Shown here one piece after another: positions 13,882 through 27,752 of a DNA stretch of 64,000 bases. The DNA lies in NCBI GenBank assembly GCA_002633005.1, contig NMRA01000378.1, positions 363,329 through 427,328 on the forward strand, written 5' to 3'. A program made the translations under genes and the position numbers. Position 1 is the stretch's first letter, and every line of letters starts with the position of its first letter. Source of the DNA: Phoronis australis (taxonomy: Eukaryota > Animalia > Phoronida). Under the pieces are notes generated by a model, which was given only the letters and a program-made list of their open reading frames with translations, ran no database searches and was not told the DNA's origin.

Positions 13882-16800
13882 TCATTCTGGAACAACTTCA
13901 CCCAGCCATTTCAAATATGGAGGATTTCCATCGTTAATCTGCAATGTCAAAAATGTGTTAAATACAGTTTCATAAAGCCGTTCCCTCTAGGATCTTTCAA
14001 ATTCCACCTCAATTTATGAATCCCAAGCCCCCGTACTCGGACTCCCCCCAGCCCAACAACAGTGTCCGCACATATCATAACCACTACACCCTTACAAGAG
14101 AACTAAGTAGCAGCACACCTGCCAAAATTCACAACAGTGAAAAAGCAGGGTGTGGTGCCTGACAAACAGCGTGGGAAATAGGGATAAATCAGAAAAAGGG
14201 CAAAACTGCAGTTATAACAAATACGTCAATTTCACCCTTCATTTCAAAAATCAGAATACCATCATAGTTGATACAGAACAAAGACTCAAAAAGCGGGGCA
14301 GTCCTGTGAAAGCAGGACAGTTGGGAAATATAAAACCGTGTTTTGTTGCTTTAAACAAAATTGATTGCGTAACTTGCACCACTGTCCCTGAGAGATAAAA
14401 GCGGCAACATGATCTGTGCATAACGAAGTGAAGCATGTCATGTGACACAAGCGCCATCTTTCCACATACAATGATATTATTGTTCCAGCAGGTCAATGTT
14501 GTTTAGAACTTTCAAATTTGCTCAAATAGAGAATATTCGTTACTAAGAAATAGCTGATCTGGAAGTGATGACATGTGTTCATTACGTAATTTGGAGTACG
14601 AACTAATGACAAGAATGTTCACTCAAAACAGCATAATCTGGCAACAGAGGGAACCACTACTGCACCCAGTTGTGAATCAATTCCGTTGAGACTATGGACG
14701 AAACCGCTGTACACTTTACACGTCACGGTATGGTTCTTATGGTTCCAAAAGGGATCTTTACTCACAATACTTTTATTATTTAAATTGAACCCAGTAATAC
14801 ACACAGTCTCAAAAACAAAACAGGTTTAGCATTTGCGTAGGTAGAGATTTGTGTGAAATGAACAGTGTTGTGAGAATTTTACACTCAGTGGACAACTTAG
14901 ACCTGTCCTGTTCTACACAGTGACAGCAATGGTTTCCTACTGGGCATTTGACAAAAGAGCTTTCACTTGGTTTCAGAAGCAATACATTCAATGACTTACT
15001 AGTGTCGACGTCACTTGGCAGACATCATACGGATGGTTCTTACTGAAAGGGATGAACAAGTTCAGAATAGATTAATTATGCGATGATCCACACATGAGGA
15101 GCCCAACATTCTTTATGTATTGAAGTAACCTACAGTGTTCACCCGAGTTAACGCCCATCATATAGTTTCCACTTTTAGACCCCTCCATCAACATGGATTG
15201 GTCCCTTCACACCTCCTCTCACATCAGCCTGAATCAACCATACAAGAATACACTCCCACCTCCAGCTAAACCCCTGGACAACACAAATAACATTAAAGTA
15301 ATCGTTTCCAAAATTAAAATTCCTTTAATAATTTTACTAACCTGACTAAGTCTGCCAACTGCTTCACCTTGCTTGTCCTGGTTTTGACAACCTGAAGAGA
15401 ATTGGGCACATTAGAAACACATGCAGGCTGGACAGACAGGCTGGAAGGCTGAACAGGCAGACTAGACAGACAGGCTGGATGGGTAGGCTGAACAGGCAGA
15501 CTAGACAAACAGGCAGGATGGGTAGACTGAACAGGCAGACTAGACGAACAGGTAGGAGGGACAGGCTGAACAGACAGACTAGACTGACAGGCTAGATGGG
15601 TAGACTGAACAGGCAGACTAGACAAACAGGCAGGATGGGTAGACTGAACAGACAGACTAAACAGACATACCTCCTCTGACTAACATCCACCTTACAGACA
15701 CTACACACCTACATGTAGGACTCATGAAAACACTGAAACAGTCACCAGACATGTCCATGTCACTTTTGCCTTGTATTAACAGTGAAATATTAGCAATGCA
15801 TCACCTTCAGTTGCTAAATATTCATTGTCGTTAGTTCTTGAAGCAAACAATGTGAGGTGCAACAGATCTTACCAACATAAGCTCGTTGTCTTCTTCGATT
15901 TTACTTTCCCACTCATATCTGAAACATAATGAGTTGAATAATTTGATAATGTTACCAAGCAACAAAATACAATGGGATCTAAGATCACAGAACACAGTCA
16001 TGTTTTACTCAACTGGGTTTAAGTTGAATACTAATAACCTTGCGGCCAGAGGCACACTGCTGCAATGTACGTATGCCTTTTAAGAATGATTCCATATAAA
16101 AACCATATGAAAATGAAAAATCACAATATACTAAAAAATTCATACAGAACTAATATTTTGTGCATGTTTTGGGATGCTGGCCCAAAGTGCACTGCACTCG
16201 ATGACCTTTGGTTAGTGAGATATGACCTATTTGGCTATAAAAGCATATTTTGCATTTTTTCATGTCACTTTTGGAACGGCAAAAGATCAAACTTGGAAAA
16301 CTGGTGACAAAGTTTGACATTGGTGGTCATAACGACACATGTAAAGTTGGTAAGAAAATGAAATTTGAAACTCATAGGTACATTTAAATTTTCAGCAGGG
16401 GAGAAAACTCCAAGACCACTTTTCAGGCCAGTCACAAGTGGCAAGATGTTGCTTAACCTGCCTGCTATATCGGAATATATTTGAAGTTGAAATTCTCTTT
16501 GTAGACACTTCTAAGATTGAACGTTGATAATTTCTTTTAAAAAAACTTGTCTCTTATATATTTAGTATTAAACGTGGCCCTCGAATTTGGGCATTTTTGT
16601 GATGTGGCCTTACTCTGACTGACAAGAGAACTGAGGCTACTCTTTTAGTTTAGAGATATCACCTAAAATATGTGATCTAATAACAACAATGCAATATCAC
16701 AAAACTTTAAGTTTCACTTTTGAGACCCCAATTTTCTGAAACACTCTGTTTAACTTTACCAATAGCACTTAAGGGTTCGAAATTACATGCACTACCTAGT

Positions 16801-19800
16801 GGCAGTTTTGTTTCTTGTAGCGTCCATGCATGGCTGTTTCTACTAAACCCATTGTAGGATCTATATTAAATTTAGCAAGTGTATTAATGAAGTTGACAGC
16901 GGAAGACGACAACAACTTTCAGACAGATCCAACAAAAACAAATGCTGTGCTCTCTAGAGGCAATTTCATTAGTGGCAGTCTCGTTTTTTGCACCCATAGC
17001 TGTATTTCCTAAACCCACTGCAGGATCTTGATTAATTTTAGTAAAGAAGTGTATTTATGTGAAGTTAACAACGGACGACAATGACTTTTCAATGAATCTG
17101 TGCCCCCTAGTCGCAGTTTCATTTTTTTGTTTTCCTTTTTTACTTCTAAGTTCCTAGACGGATTTTTTTTAATTGATTTGGTAAATAGCTTTCTATTAAA
17201 GAAAAAAGATATGTTCCCGTTTTGGGATGGATTCGACGTATTTTGCGGTTTTTTGAAGTGTGTGGAAATGCATCATACACTAAACCTAGCAAACCTTCAA
17301 AAAACTGTGGTTTTGAGTCCGCAGCTTCAACGGAATTTACATAATGTGAAACTTTTAGCTGGTAAGTCGCAACAACACCCAATTGTTTAAATACTGGTTT
17401 AGAAAGCCGGTAACTTGGATGTCACTGTAAGTATTATGTTTTCAATAGTAAATATCCGTACCTGATATTTTTCTGAAATTGCAAATTCCATTGGCGCACT
17501 GTCACCATGCTCGGCCGCTTTTGTGTAGTACAAGAAGCATTGCGTGACCCTTTGTATGTCCAATAACACGACACTTCTGCTCGTATCTACCATCCTCTTT
17601 TCACTTGTGATCTCAAAGATCTTGATTAGTTTTGGTATGAACTTTGCTAATAGTTCGAGAGGACTTTTTCAAGCGCATATACAGGGACTTGACCAGGAGG
17701 TCTGAAAATGGACCAGCATGCACTGCAGGCAGTGCGTGGGATTCTTAGTCCATTACGGTGTTCAAAAACTGACCGAGCAAGGGGGAATGGGCACCCTTAA
17801 TAAGAATAAAACCTGCTTCTCTGAAGTACGAGATGGTGATGGGGGTTGTATTATTAACTCATCAGTACATTAAAATTGACTTTTTTGAGTTCTGTAATCC
17901 TATAATAGATTTTTATTTTTGCAACAGCAAAACTGAAAATCCGCGAAGAAAAAATCTCTCATACAGCTTCCCAAGATCTCCTTCGTCACTGATGTAGCAA
18001 AACGAATGATATTTGTTCTATTTGGCATCTTGGTCGATAGATAATTGCACAATCGTGTAGTGCGTCCTAGAGACTTTTAATCTGACAGTTACAGATTGGC
18101 AGAAAAATATGTGAGTTGTGTAAAAACATGACCGCACAAAACTATGAAAGAGACTGAAGATATTTTATTCTTGCATTGGGCTGAACAAGGACAGCAGTAA
18201 CAGATGGATGTTAACTCATGTTCCAAAAGAATCCGATATAGATTTAGGAGAGCGATAAAAATGCGTAAAAATGGCCTTAATAATAAGCAGTGGAAATGAC
18301 ATTTTTGTAAGCTAAAATGGGAGGACATGAAAAATCGATAAATACATTCGAACTAATTTTTCTTGTGTGTTATTCTTTCTTCTTTCTGCTATATAGTTAT
18401 TTTTTCAATAGCCTGAATCGATGATGTGTTGTTGCTGACAAAAAGTCACCTTGTTCCCAGTATTTTCATTTGCTATTTTTCAGAAAAAGTACAAAGTGGT
18501 CATAAAAAGGGTTAAAAAAAACTTAGAAACTCTTAAAAAATCAGGCTCAGGTTTCTTTTGACAAGGCCAGCTGATGTGCTAAGTTTCAAAAAAATGGTGA
18601 TTTTGCATATATAGCCTACCATCTGGTTTTTATATGGAATTGCTCTTAATCTTTTTGTGCGCTTATGGAATGTCTCTGTCTATTTAATTGATTATAATAG
18701 GAATCATCTTAATTTCAGTGAATGTCTGACTGGCTTAAGGCCAGAATAGGTGATACGTAAATTGAAATCACAAGAACACAGTAGTGTAGATTGCTTCATA
18801 GCTCAACTCAAAGATAATGCGTAACTTCAAAAAGTANNNNNNNNNNNNNNNNNNNNNNNNNNNNNNNNNNNNNNNNNNNNNNNNNNNNNNNNNNNNNNNN
18901 NNNNNNNNNNNNNNNNNNNNNNNNNNNNNNNNNNNNNNNNNNNNNNNNNNNNNNNNNNNNNNNNNNNNNNNNNNNNNNNNNNNNNNNNNNNNNNNNNNNN
19001 NNNNNNNNNNNNNNNNNNNNNNNNNNNNNNNNNNNNNNNNNNNNNNNNNNNNNNNNNNNNNNNNNNNNNNNNNNNNNNNNNNNNNAGTTACGTAGAGTAA
19101 ATAGTTGGCACGTTATGTTAAATTGAGTGCAATCTACACTATCCCACTGTAAGTTACGTAGAGTAAATAGTTGGCACGTTATGTTAAATTGAGTACAATC
19201 TACACTATCCCACTGTAAGTTACGTAGAGTAAATAGTTGGCACGTTATGTTAAATTGAGTACAATTTACACTATCCCACTGTAAGTTACGTAGAGTAAAT
19301 AGTTGGCACGTTATGTTAAATTGAGTGCAATCTACACTATCCCACTGTAAGTTACGTAGAGTATTTAACCAGTGAAATAGACACAACACGCCACACCACG
19401 TGTGCTCATAATGTACTAGACAGTGCATTCACTTGTTACTGGATGTCATGTGTTGTGTCTATTTCACTGGTTAAATACATTTGATTTGGGATGAACTTAA
19501 AGTGGCACTTGTCTCTGTGACTGCTTGGCTAAATTAGTTAGAAACAAAACATAGCGACGACGTGAATATGAAGCAGGTCGAACACTGCCAAATACTTTTT
19601 AGAAATAGTTTAGTGGCAAAAAAAGATCAGCTGCATCACTGAACTGTGACAAGTAGGTATCGTAACGTGGTGCTGGAGCATGACATTGGATGATGCGGGC
19701 TATATCAGCCTGTGATGTACGTCATTAGTGCAGAGGTCACCCATGCATTTGCAGATTTTTTCACATCCACAAGTTGTCAATGAATACAAAGCTGCACTTT

Positions 19801-21726
19801 GTTTAGCGTAGATTAAGTTACAATAGCATTGTCATTTAGTTCCTGCTATACATTAGCAGAGTTAGGAGCACGCAAATACATCTTCCATGTGGTGTAGTGT
19901 GGAGTCTACACAACTTACTGTGGAGTAGTGTACAACGTAAGTGGGGTAGTGTAGATTGCACTCAATTTAACATAACGTGCCAACTATTTACTCTATGTAA
20001 CTTACAGTGGGATAATGTAGATTGCACTAGATTTAACATAACGTGCAAACTATTTACTCTATGTAACTTACAGTGGGATAGTGTAGATTGCACTCAATTT
20101 AACATAACGTGCCAACTATTTACTCTACGTAACTTACAGTGGGATAGTGTAGATTGCACTCAATTTAACATAACGTGCAAACTATTTACTCTATGTAACT
20201 TACAGTGGGGTAGTGAAGATTAAACTCTATTTAACATAACGTGCCAACTATTTACTCTACGTAACTTACTGTGGGATAGTGTAGATTGCACTCAATTTAA
20301 CATAACGTGCCAACTATTTACTCTATGTAACTTACAGTGGGGTAATGAAGATTGCACTCAATTTAACATAACGTGCCAACTATTTACTCTACGTAACTTA
20401 CTGTGGGATAGTGTAGATTGCACTCAATTTAACATAACGTGCCAACTATTTACTCTATGTAACTTACAGTGGGGTAATGAAGATTGCACTCAATTTAACA
20501 TAACATGCACAACTATTTACTCTACGTAACTTACTGTGGGGTAGTGTAGATTGCACTCAATTTAACATAACGTGCACAACTATTTACTCTACGTAACTTA
20601 CTGTGGGATAGTGTAGATTGCACTCAATTTAACAACTTACTGAGCAAGTGTCTTGGCAACATGCAAATCAGGAGCTGTGATGAAAGCAACTGAGAACTCC
20701 CCCGGCATCGCTGCAGATGTCATAGCTGCCACACTGGAATAGACCCGTCGAATTATATAGCCAACCAGAGGCATGGAAAGCACACTGATGCACAAAAGGA
20801 TCTACAAAAATAACAAACATATACTTCTCATAAACCATCTGAGGCAATTGTACCAGCTGTGGTATACCGTGCCTCCCGTTCAGTAATTCTAGAACCTCGC
20901 TAAAAATCAAGACTTCACAAGATTATGTGAGATACTGCCGTGTACTTTAAATGAGAACAATTGACTTTGACTAGATTTAAGCTAGGTCCTAGCGTTGGTC
21001 CTAGCGTCTACTGAACGCACGCCTGAATAAAAGTTATTTACTTAAAAATACAGTGAATACCATCAAAAGAATCACACATTGACAAGCAATTACTACATAA
21101 TCAGGGCTTGGCATAACGAGCTGCAGGTCACATTTGCGACCCGAAATTTGGAAATGCGAGCTTAGATTTTTTCCAGTTAGTATCAAGTCGCAAAATGCGA
21201 CCTAGAATTTCCAATGTATGCCAGCTGAGTTTTTACACTTCTTGGCAGATACTAGGCAAATATAAAGCAACTTGTGTGAATCTGACCGTAATGTGCTTGT
21301 TGCCAAATCAAGATCAAAAGAACACTACGCGAAAACAGCCCTCCAGATGCCTTGCAAGCATGTCGTGTGAACATGAGATAATGCAGATTCGATCTTTGAC
21401 GTGTTTCATTAGCTAACATTTTCGGCTACGTTTGCAAATATCCGGATGTGTCGAAGAAAGTTTCTGACCACGGTGTTAAAACGTCACAAAACAGCGGAGT
21501 TTCTACTCTTAGACGATCAACTTGCCAAAGTTTGTGGTGGAAGCCTATTTATTTTTGACGGAAGATGTCCTAATTATCAAATATCCTGAACTGGTAAACA
21601 AAAGTGATTCAGTGCAATGCAAGGGTGACCAAGAATTACACAAGCATCTATAATGTGCTAGTAAGTAAGCAAGCAAGCAAGTGCATGATTATCATAAAAC
21701 CTTACACAAGCAGACCTTGCGATCAT
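13882..21726 (-). CDS. CUTA: CutA divalent-cation tolerance homolog
   Basis: Minus-strand exons: 20641-20801 (ILLCISVLSMPL...PGEFSVAFITAPDLHVAKTLA), 15873-15918 (YEWESKIEEDNELML), 15342-15391 (VVKTRTSKVKQLADLV), 15000-15042 (KNHPYDVCQVTSTL), 13882-13938 (INDGNPPYLKWLGEVVPE*); GT-AG sites, phases consistent. The first exon 21706-21726 (MIARSAC) is tentative. The expected LAACVN-type exon was not found and probably lies in gap 18837-19085. Confidence 0.93.
15420..15670. repeat. GACA-derived ~36-bp minisatellite in a CutA intron
   Basis: Repeated ggatgggtagactgaacaggcagactagacaaacagg; it produces the spurious low-complexity part of ORF 15314-15625. Confidence 0.9.
18837..19085. other. Assembly gap
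   Basis: Run of N. Confidence 1.
19086..19360 (-). repeat. 66-bp satellite array, inverted relative to 19905-20635
   Basis: About 4 near-identical units running into the N-gap; reverse complement of the downstream unit. Confidence 0.95.
19905..20640 (+). repeat. 66-bp satellite array (~11 units)
   Basis: Unit aacttacagtgggatagtgtagattgcactcaatttaacataacgtgccaactatttactctacgt; abuts the CutA splice donor. Confidence 0.97.
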
Positions 21727-21948
21727 GTGCTACACACGACACCCTTGCAAACGCTTACAAGCACAGCGACACCTAACGGATCTTTTCTGCTCTCGAACTT
21801 AGCGTTGCTGTGCGTGAACTTGGAATCTTGCTTAAAAGGTTCCTTAGTACAATAACATGCATTTTTAATGAAATTTAATTGATGAATCAAGTCTATATCA
21901 GAAATTACATCTGTGTTACTATTTCCCATTTTTGTAAAAAAGTGTTTT

Positions 21949-21988
21949 CCAATGATAATTCCTATTGGCTAACGCGTGTCTGACGTCA
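21949..21988. promoter_or_regulatory. Candidate CutA promoter elements: two opposed CCAAT boxes and a palindromic CRE
   Basis: CCAAT 21949-21953, ATTGG 21964-21968, TGACGTCA 21981-21988, ~230-260 nt upstream of the tentative ATG. Confidence 0.4.
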
Positions 21989-22222
21989 CTGAGGCTGTAC
22001 CGTGGGTGAAGGCAATAAGATAAATCAAGCTTACCGGTGAATGCATGGGCGCACCCAGGGGGGCGGGGAGGGGAGGGGCTCGAGGGGGCTCGAATCCGAG
22101 TAAAGGAGACAAAAGTCCACAAAGCCCACGAGAATTTGGCATGGATGCAAAATCAATAGGCCTGAACCTAGTGCCCCGTTTTTTAGTCCTTGCTCGGTGA
22201 TTTTTTTCAGTAAAAGGTCGGC

Positions 22223-23886
22223 ATAGACCCTATTCACGCGGCGGCCATTAAGATCCAAAGCGAGGCTCACTGCGATAAACAAAGCGAAAGTAGACATTGC
22301 GTGAGTTAAATAGCCGGTCTTTCGAGTCCAACCTGGATATTAAATTTTAATTATGTGTCGACAATTAACCACAGAGACGTGGAAAATTACATTAGATAAC
22401 AAGTTAAGGCGACAAAGAGTTGTCTGACGAAAGGATTTTTTTTTTCGGAAAACTAGGTTCGAGCATAGCCTGATCCTATGCACTCACTGGGACTAACAGT
22501 TGATTTGTCATTGGTCTGAAAGAACAATTGATGTTATTAAATATATTTTTATTAAAATAAAAAACCAGGCTCGTAATTGAAAATAAAAATTATTTGACCA
22601 TCAATGCTTTCTTGGTTGTAATAATTCTTACGTCTATTTCATGTGTTAGATAAATATCAATCTGGACCAAGGTGAATTTTAAAATTAAAACACCTAATTC
22701 GTTCGTCCAAAACATAACGTTTTAGAACTCAGTTTCAGTTAACTGGACAATGCAATCATAGTTATCATGTTTCTGAAGGAGCCTCTTTCATCCGAGGGGA
22801 ACGGTGCCAGTGCCTACTGAGAGGCGATTTTTTCGCCGAGTGAGGGCGGGAACAATCTACCTCCCGATCACCATCAATAGCACCCCCGCCCTGTTGCAAG
22901 CTCTCATAGGCTCTGCCTCAATTTAAAGTAGCCTTTTGTGCTCTNNNNNNNNNNNNNNNNNNNNNNNNNNNNNNNNNNNNNNNNNNNNNNNNNNNNNNNN
23001 NNNNNNNNNNNNNNNNNNNNNNNNNNNNNNNNNNNNNNNNNNNNNNNNNNNNNNNNNNNNNNNNNNNNNNNNNNNNNNNNNNNNNNNNNNNNNNNNNNNN
23101 NNNNNNNNNNNNNNNNNNNNNNNNNNNNNNNNNNNNNNNNNNNNNNNNNNNNNNNNNNNNNNNNNNNNNNNNNNNNNNNNNNNNNNNNNNNNNNNNNNNN
23201 NNNNNNNNNNNNNNNNNNNNNNNNNNNNNNNNNNNNNNNNNNNNNNNNNNNNNNNNNNNNNNNNNNNNNNNNNNNNNNNNNNNNNNNNNNNNNNNNNNNN
23301 NNNNNNNNNNNNNNNNNNNNNNNNNNNNNNNNNNNNNNNNNNNNNNNNNNNNNNNNNNNNNNNNNNNNNNNNNNNNNNNNNNNNNNNNNNNNNNNNNNNN
23401 NNNNNNNNNNNNNNNNNNNNNNNNNNNNNNNNNNNNNNNNNNNNNNNNNNNNNNNNNNNNNNNNCCGCCCTGGTTGCGCACTTCTAGTCAGCAATTCGCA
23501 CCCGAACTCAAAAATGGGATCTGATACAATTTGAGGGGGGGCATGCCCCCCCCCCCAATCCGTAGTCATGAAAACAGCCTGGCTGGCCCATTCTCCGGTC
23601 GTTACTATGATGCTTAACAACTGACCGACATGCGACAAAATATGATCTAACTTTTCGAAAACGTTTATAAATTTTACATATTTTGCTCCGTCGCGGCAAC
23701 GACCCAACGCTTCCGAATCTCAACGTCTTTAGAGATTGTGAAGCAGACAGTTGCGAGTCCGTATTTTTTCAAGCCGTTCGCGGAACAACACGGTCTGAAA
23801 CACAGAACTATGCCGATAACCTAACAGAGCTATCGTAGCGAGCCTCGTTTTGAAATGCGCCTCCTGTCGGCGTGAATAGGGTCTAT
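22223..23886. mobile_element. Non-autonomous TIR DNA element spanning the second gap
   Basis: Perfect 17-bp inverted termini atagaccctattcacgc / gcgtgaatagggtctat plus imperfect subterminal inverted repeats; no clear TSD; family not assigned. Confidence 0.65.
22945..23464. other. Assembly gap
   Basis: Run of N. Confidence 1.
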
Positions 23887-24599
23887 ACCGAAAAATTCGA
23901 GCCCCCTTATAATTTAAGCTGGGTGCGCGCATGGTATGCCTCTCATCTACAGAACTGTGCATAATGTGTATAATTTGTCTGCGATCTCGGCTCTCTAAAG
24001 TTCATAATACAACTTCACTGTCGTGCAGTGTTGACTATCATAGCGCGCCGTGCCGTTCTCGGCAAGGGCCAGAAAGGGCCCCGATTGCGTAGCCTTGCCT
24101 TGGTACAAGCTGCCAGGAAATATACAGCGAGCGTTGCACTGAAGTGGGTAAAAACTGATCAAATACAATCTAACACAAAATTAGTGTCACCAAAAATTAC
24201 TCTGTTCCTTGAGTAAACTAAATTAATGATTGGTGTTGAAAAAAATGGCGGTTGTTCACTCTGCTGCAAAAATTTGGGTGCACTCTTTAATCGACTTTCG
24301 GCGCCGTCACCTCAGTGTTCTCCACGACCACTTTTAACGTGTCACAGCGTCCTGTTTGGCCGAGCGCACGTCCTGTTTAAATGTCCCGCGTCCTGTTTCA
24401 AAATCCAGCGTCCTGTTTAAAAATCCCGCCGACCAATTTAGAAATATAGGGACTACTTTGTAAAAAAGGCGTCGTCGTCGTTTATTAGTTCTTCACTGGT
24501 TCAAATTACGCTTGGTAGCAACTGGCCATAGCCCATTGAAACTGAATGAATTAAAGGCTAAGCATTACAAAAACGAGCAAGATATATACATGTGGCACA

Positions 24600-26260
24600 A
24601 TGAGAAAGCAGGTGTATTTTTAGAAACATTACAAAACGCCAGGAATCAAACGATATGTGTCGAGAAATTATGAGCTGTGTTGATAATGACATAAATGAGA
24701 GTGTTAAAGGCTTAGTGGACTTGCTCCAGTCATGTGGAGCGGGCATGCTCGTGAGGCAAGACAGGTGTGTAAGTGAAACACGTAGACGTGCATGGTTTGA
24801 CAGTGAATGTAAAGAGATGCAACTACAAAAGAAGCGTCTACTGCAAAAATTTAGGGTGTCTCGGAGTGACTTAGAGCTGAGAACTCTTGCTAGTAGAAAT
24901 GAATACAAAAAGTTATGTAAGAGGAAAAAACGATACTATGTCGATAAACAAAATGAGTTATGGGAGTCAGTGGAGAATCCTAAAACATTTTGGAATATTA
25001 TAAAACAAAGCCTGTCTTAGCCAGTACATACTACAAAGCCTGATAATTTACTGAATTGGAGTGGTTTAGATATTTCAGTAACCTGCTTGATATCAACAGA
25101 ACAGAGGGTCGCAGTGAAACTTTTGATGACCTAGTTAGACAGACTCTTGATGAGCATGACGCAGTACAGTGTGAGCGTTGCAGTCACCCACAGAGTGAAC
25201 GTGACGTAACTGGTGCCTTTTACACGAATGAACTAAATGCCGGTATTAGCGCAGATGAAATAGTAAGGGCCATTAAGAAACAAAATTACAATAAATTTCC
25301 CGGAGAAGACGGCATACTGGATGAATTCTGTAAGTGCTTCCTGAGGCGCTAGTAGAACTTCAACACAAACTTTTTGATAGAATTTTCAATACCAGGCATT
25401 ATCCATCCCAATGGTCAAAAAGTATTATTGTGCCGTGTTACAAAAGGGAGACAGATTTAATTCAAATAATTATAGAGGGATCTCCGTTATTTATAGTATT
25501 AATAAAATTTTTAAAACTATTCGTTATTCCCGTGTAGTTGAATGGTCAAATAACACGAAATGTATCCCGGAAGAACAAGCAGGCTTTAGGACTGGGTGCT
25601 CTACAATCGATAACATTTTTAACCTACAGTGTGTCATCCAGAAACATGTCACAAAAGGGAAGGGGAAAGTACATAGTGCATTCGTTGATTTGAGTAAGGC
25701 ATTTGATATTTTATTTTATGCCCTTTTAACCAAAGGTTTGCATGGAAAAATGTTTAACATTTTGCGCCGTATGAACGACTCTATACAATCGTGTGTTATG
25801 ATACTGTCTCAGACCACGCCCTATTTTAACTGTACAGTTGGTGTCCGGCAAAGATGTGTTTTAAGTCCCTGGCTGTTCTCGGTGTTTGTTAGCACACTAG
25901 TGTCTGATATTAGAGAAAATGTAGGCAGAGGTATACGTGTCTCTCCGGGATGTGAAATAGTTTCTCTGTTTTCGGCTGATGATTTAGTGCTGGTGTCGAA
26001 TACTGTTGCTGGGGTACAGATGAAGTTCAATATCCCTGAAAAGCTTTGTCGAGATTAGAATTTGCAAGTTAATTTTGAGAAAACGAATGTTGTGGTATTT
26101 AAGCGAGGGGGCATACTTTCCAATACTGAAAGATGGGTTTTTGGCAATAAGAAAGTAGATACTAAATCGTACTACAAGTACCTAGGAGTCACATTCTCCT
26201 GCAGACATAAGTGTTGTGCAACATAATTGGGCTAATTGCCAAACCACCAGGCAACAGCTG
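24600..26260 (+). mobile_element. Decayed non-LTR retrotransposon (LINE) ORF2 reverse transcriptase
   Basis: Frameshifted ORFs 24655-26058 with WFDSECK, PGEDGI, NNYRGISV, PEEQAGFRTGCSTIDNIF, FVDLSKAFD, GVRQRCVLSPWLF, LFSADDLVL, then YKYLGVTF. Confidence 0.95.
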
Positions 26261-27445
26261 GATTTTGAGGTAAGCCAAGTGTTCAACAATGGTGGACTCT
26301 TAGGTGCTCCGGGAGTCAGATGTTGGCACTACTGTCTAAAAGATCACGCGGAATTAGGCAGTGTGATCGTTTTGGAAGGCAGTGCGGCATGTACTGCACT
26401 GTACATGAGAAAAGTAGAGGGTAATGTATCTTTCAAAGGATGGTTGTCTGTCAAAATTAAGGTGTGCATATATTGGGTGATGGTGTTTTGTCATTTTGTA
26501 TAAATTAGCCGGGCAATTTGCAGTTATTGCTCATCAGAAAAGTTTTGGAAACATTATAATTACGAAATAAGAAGTTTGATCAAAATACGCCATATTTTCA
26601 CTGCACCCCGCCCAATACCCGTATCGTTTATGACATTTCACAACTCACGCAATTTCTCACCACGTGCTTCTTGACAGGAGGTCTTTCCGACAGTTTTCAT
26701 ATAATCGGCTAATAAAGCGTCAGTACATTTGTTGGCTCATCAGATTTTGTGAGATTTTTAACATTCTCCAAACATTTGTGTGCTGTCAGTTTTTGAAGGG
26801 CATTATTTCATTGTAACCATTTGAATGAGCAAGTCATTATGTTAGTAGAAAATAATCGGATTTATAAATAGTCTCCTTTTAAAACTTAAAATGATACAAG
26901 GTCAAATATAATAAAGTTCTTGGTTCTGGACTGCAACTAACATTTTTTGAAACCTGCATCCGCTGCCAGAAAGAGAACGCCTGCCCCCAAAATTTCGCAT
27001 TGCAAACGTATTTAAAACAGTTGTTGGCCAGCTTAACAACAACAACCTTTTTCTTAGTTGTAAGTGGTGCTCTTTCTAACACCCAGGCCCGGTCCCAAAC
27101 ATTTAAAGGGCCGAATAAAAATTGATTTGAGGCCCTTCCCTGCTGATTTATCACGCCCATGACTAATGTGCGTTAAGGTTATGCAGGACTTTAGCGAAAT
27201 TTCCATTTTTGGCAAATTCCGGCCCTCCGTATCTCAGAGATGGGTGATCGGATTCACTCATAATAAGTTTTTCAGATATGCAACGTTCTCCACGACAGCG
27301 TTAGGGATTGTTTTTTAAAAATTCTTCTTTTATATGAGGGTCTATCAAATTTTTGGCATTTGATGATTGTTATGAAAAACTCAAAATGAAATGTAGAAAA
27401 CTGCTTCAGAGTTTTCGAGATTTCAGCTAGCGTTCTTTATTAAAC

Positions 27446-27752
27446 CATAGACTATAGTACATGGACCGCCAACCCCGGTCGGCTGTTGTGTGTTCGGGTG
27501 ATAGTAGCATTGCTAAAAGTAGGCTACTCACGACACCAACAGCTCTACTATTTTAAGATTTTGAAAAGCGTTTCAATAGCGAAATTACTATTATTTTGTT
27601 TTCATTGTACTGGACAGTGAAATAGATGCGAGAATTTCCCGTCACAATACACTAACCTGAAAATGAACCAGATAATTTAGGAGAGAGGCGCAGCCTCTAG
27701 GATAATACGGAAGAAAATGTCGGAGTTGCGAATCTGTTGCCTATAATCTATG
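27446..27752. mobile_element. MITE with CATAG termini and 7-bp TSD (P-element-like)
   Basis: TIRs catagactatag / ctataatctatg; attaaac duplicated at 27439-27445 and 27753-27759. Confidence 0.75.

Noticed and set aside
19897-20223. Cys-containing repeat ORFs (LQWDSVDCTQFNITCQLFTLRN)n, also at 18808-19428
   Set aside because: Translation of a 66-bp intronic satellite; some units contain stops and indels.
19905-20640. CRISPR-like appearance of the regular repeats
   Set aside because: Head-to-tail units with no unique spacers, no cas genes, eukaryotic context.
21949-21990. ERSE/UPRE control of CutA by the neighbouring ATF6
   Set aside because: Neither CCAAT-N9-CCACG nor ATTGG-N-CCACG is matched; only CCAAT boxes and a CRE are present.
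22904-23707. Long ORFs across the gap
   Set aside because: Artefacts of the N run.
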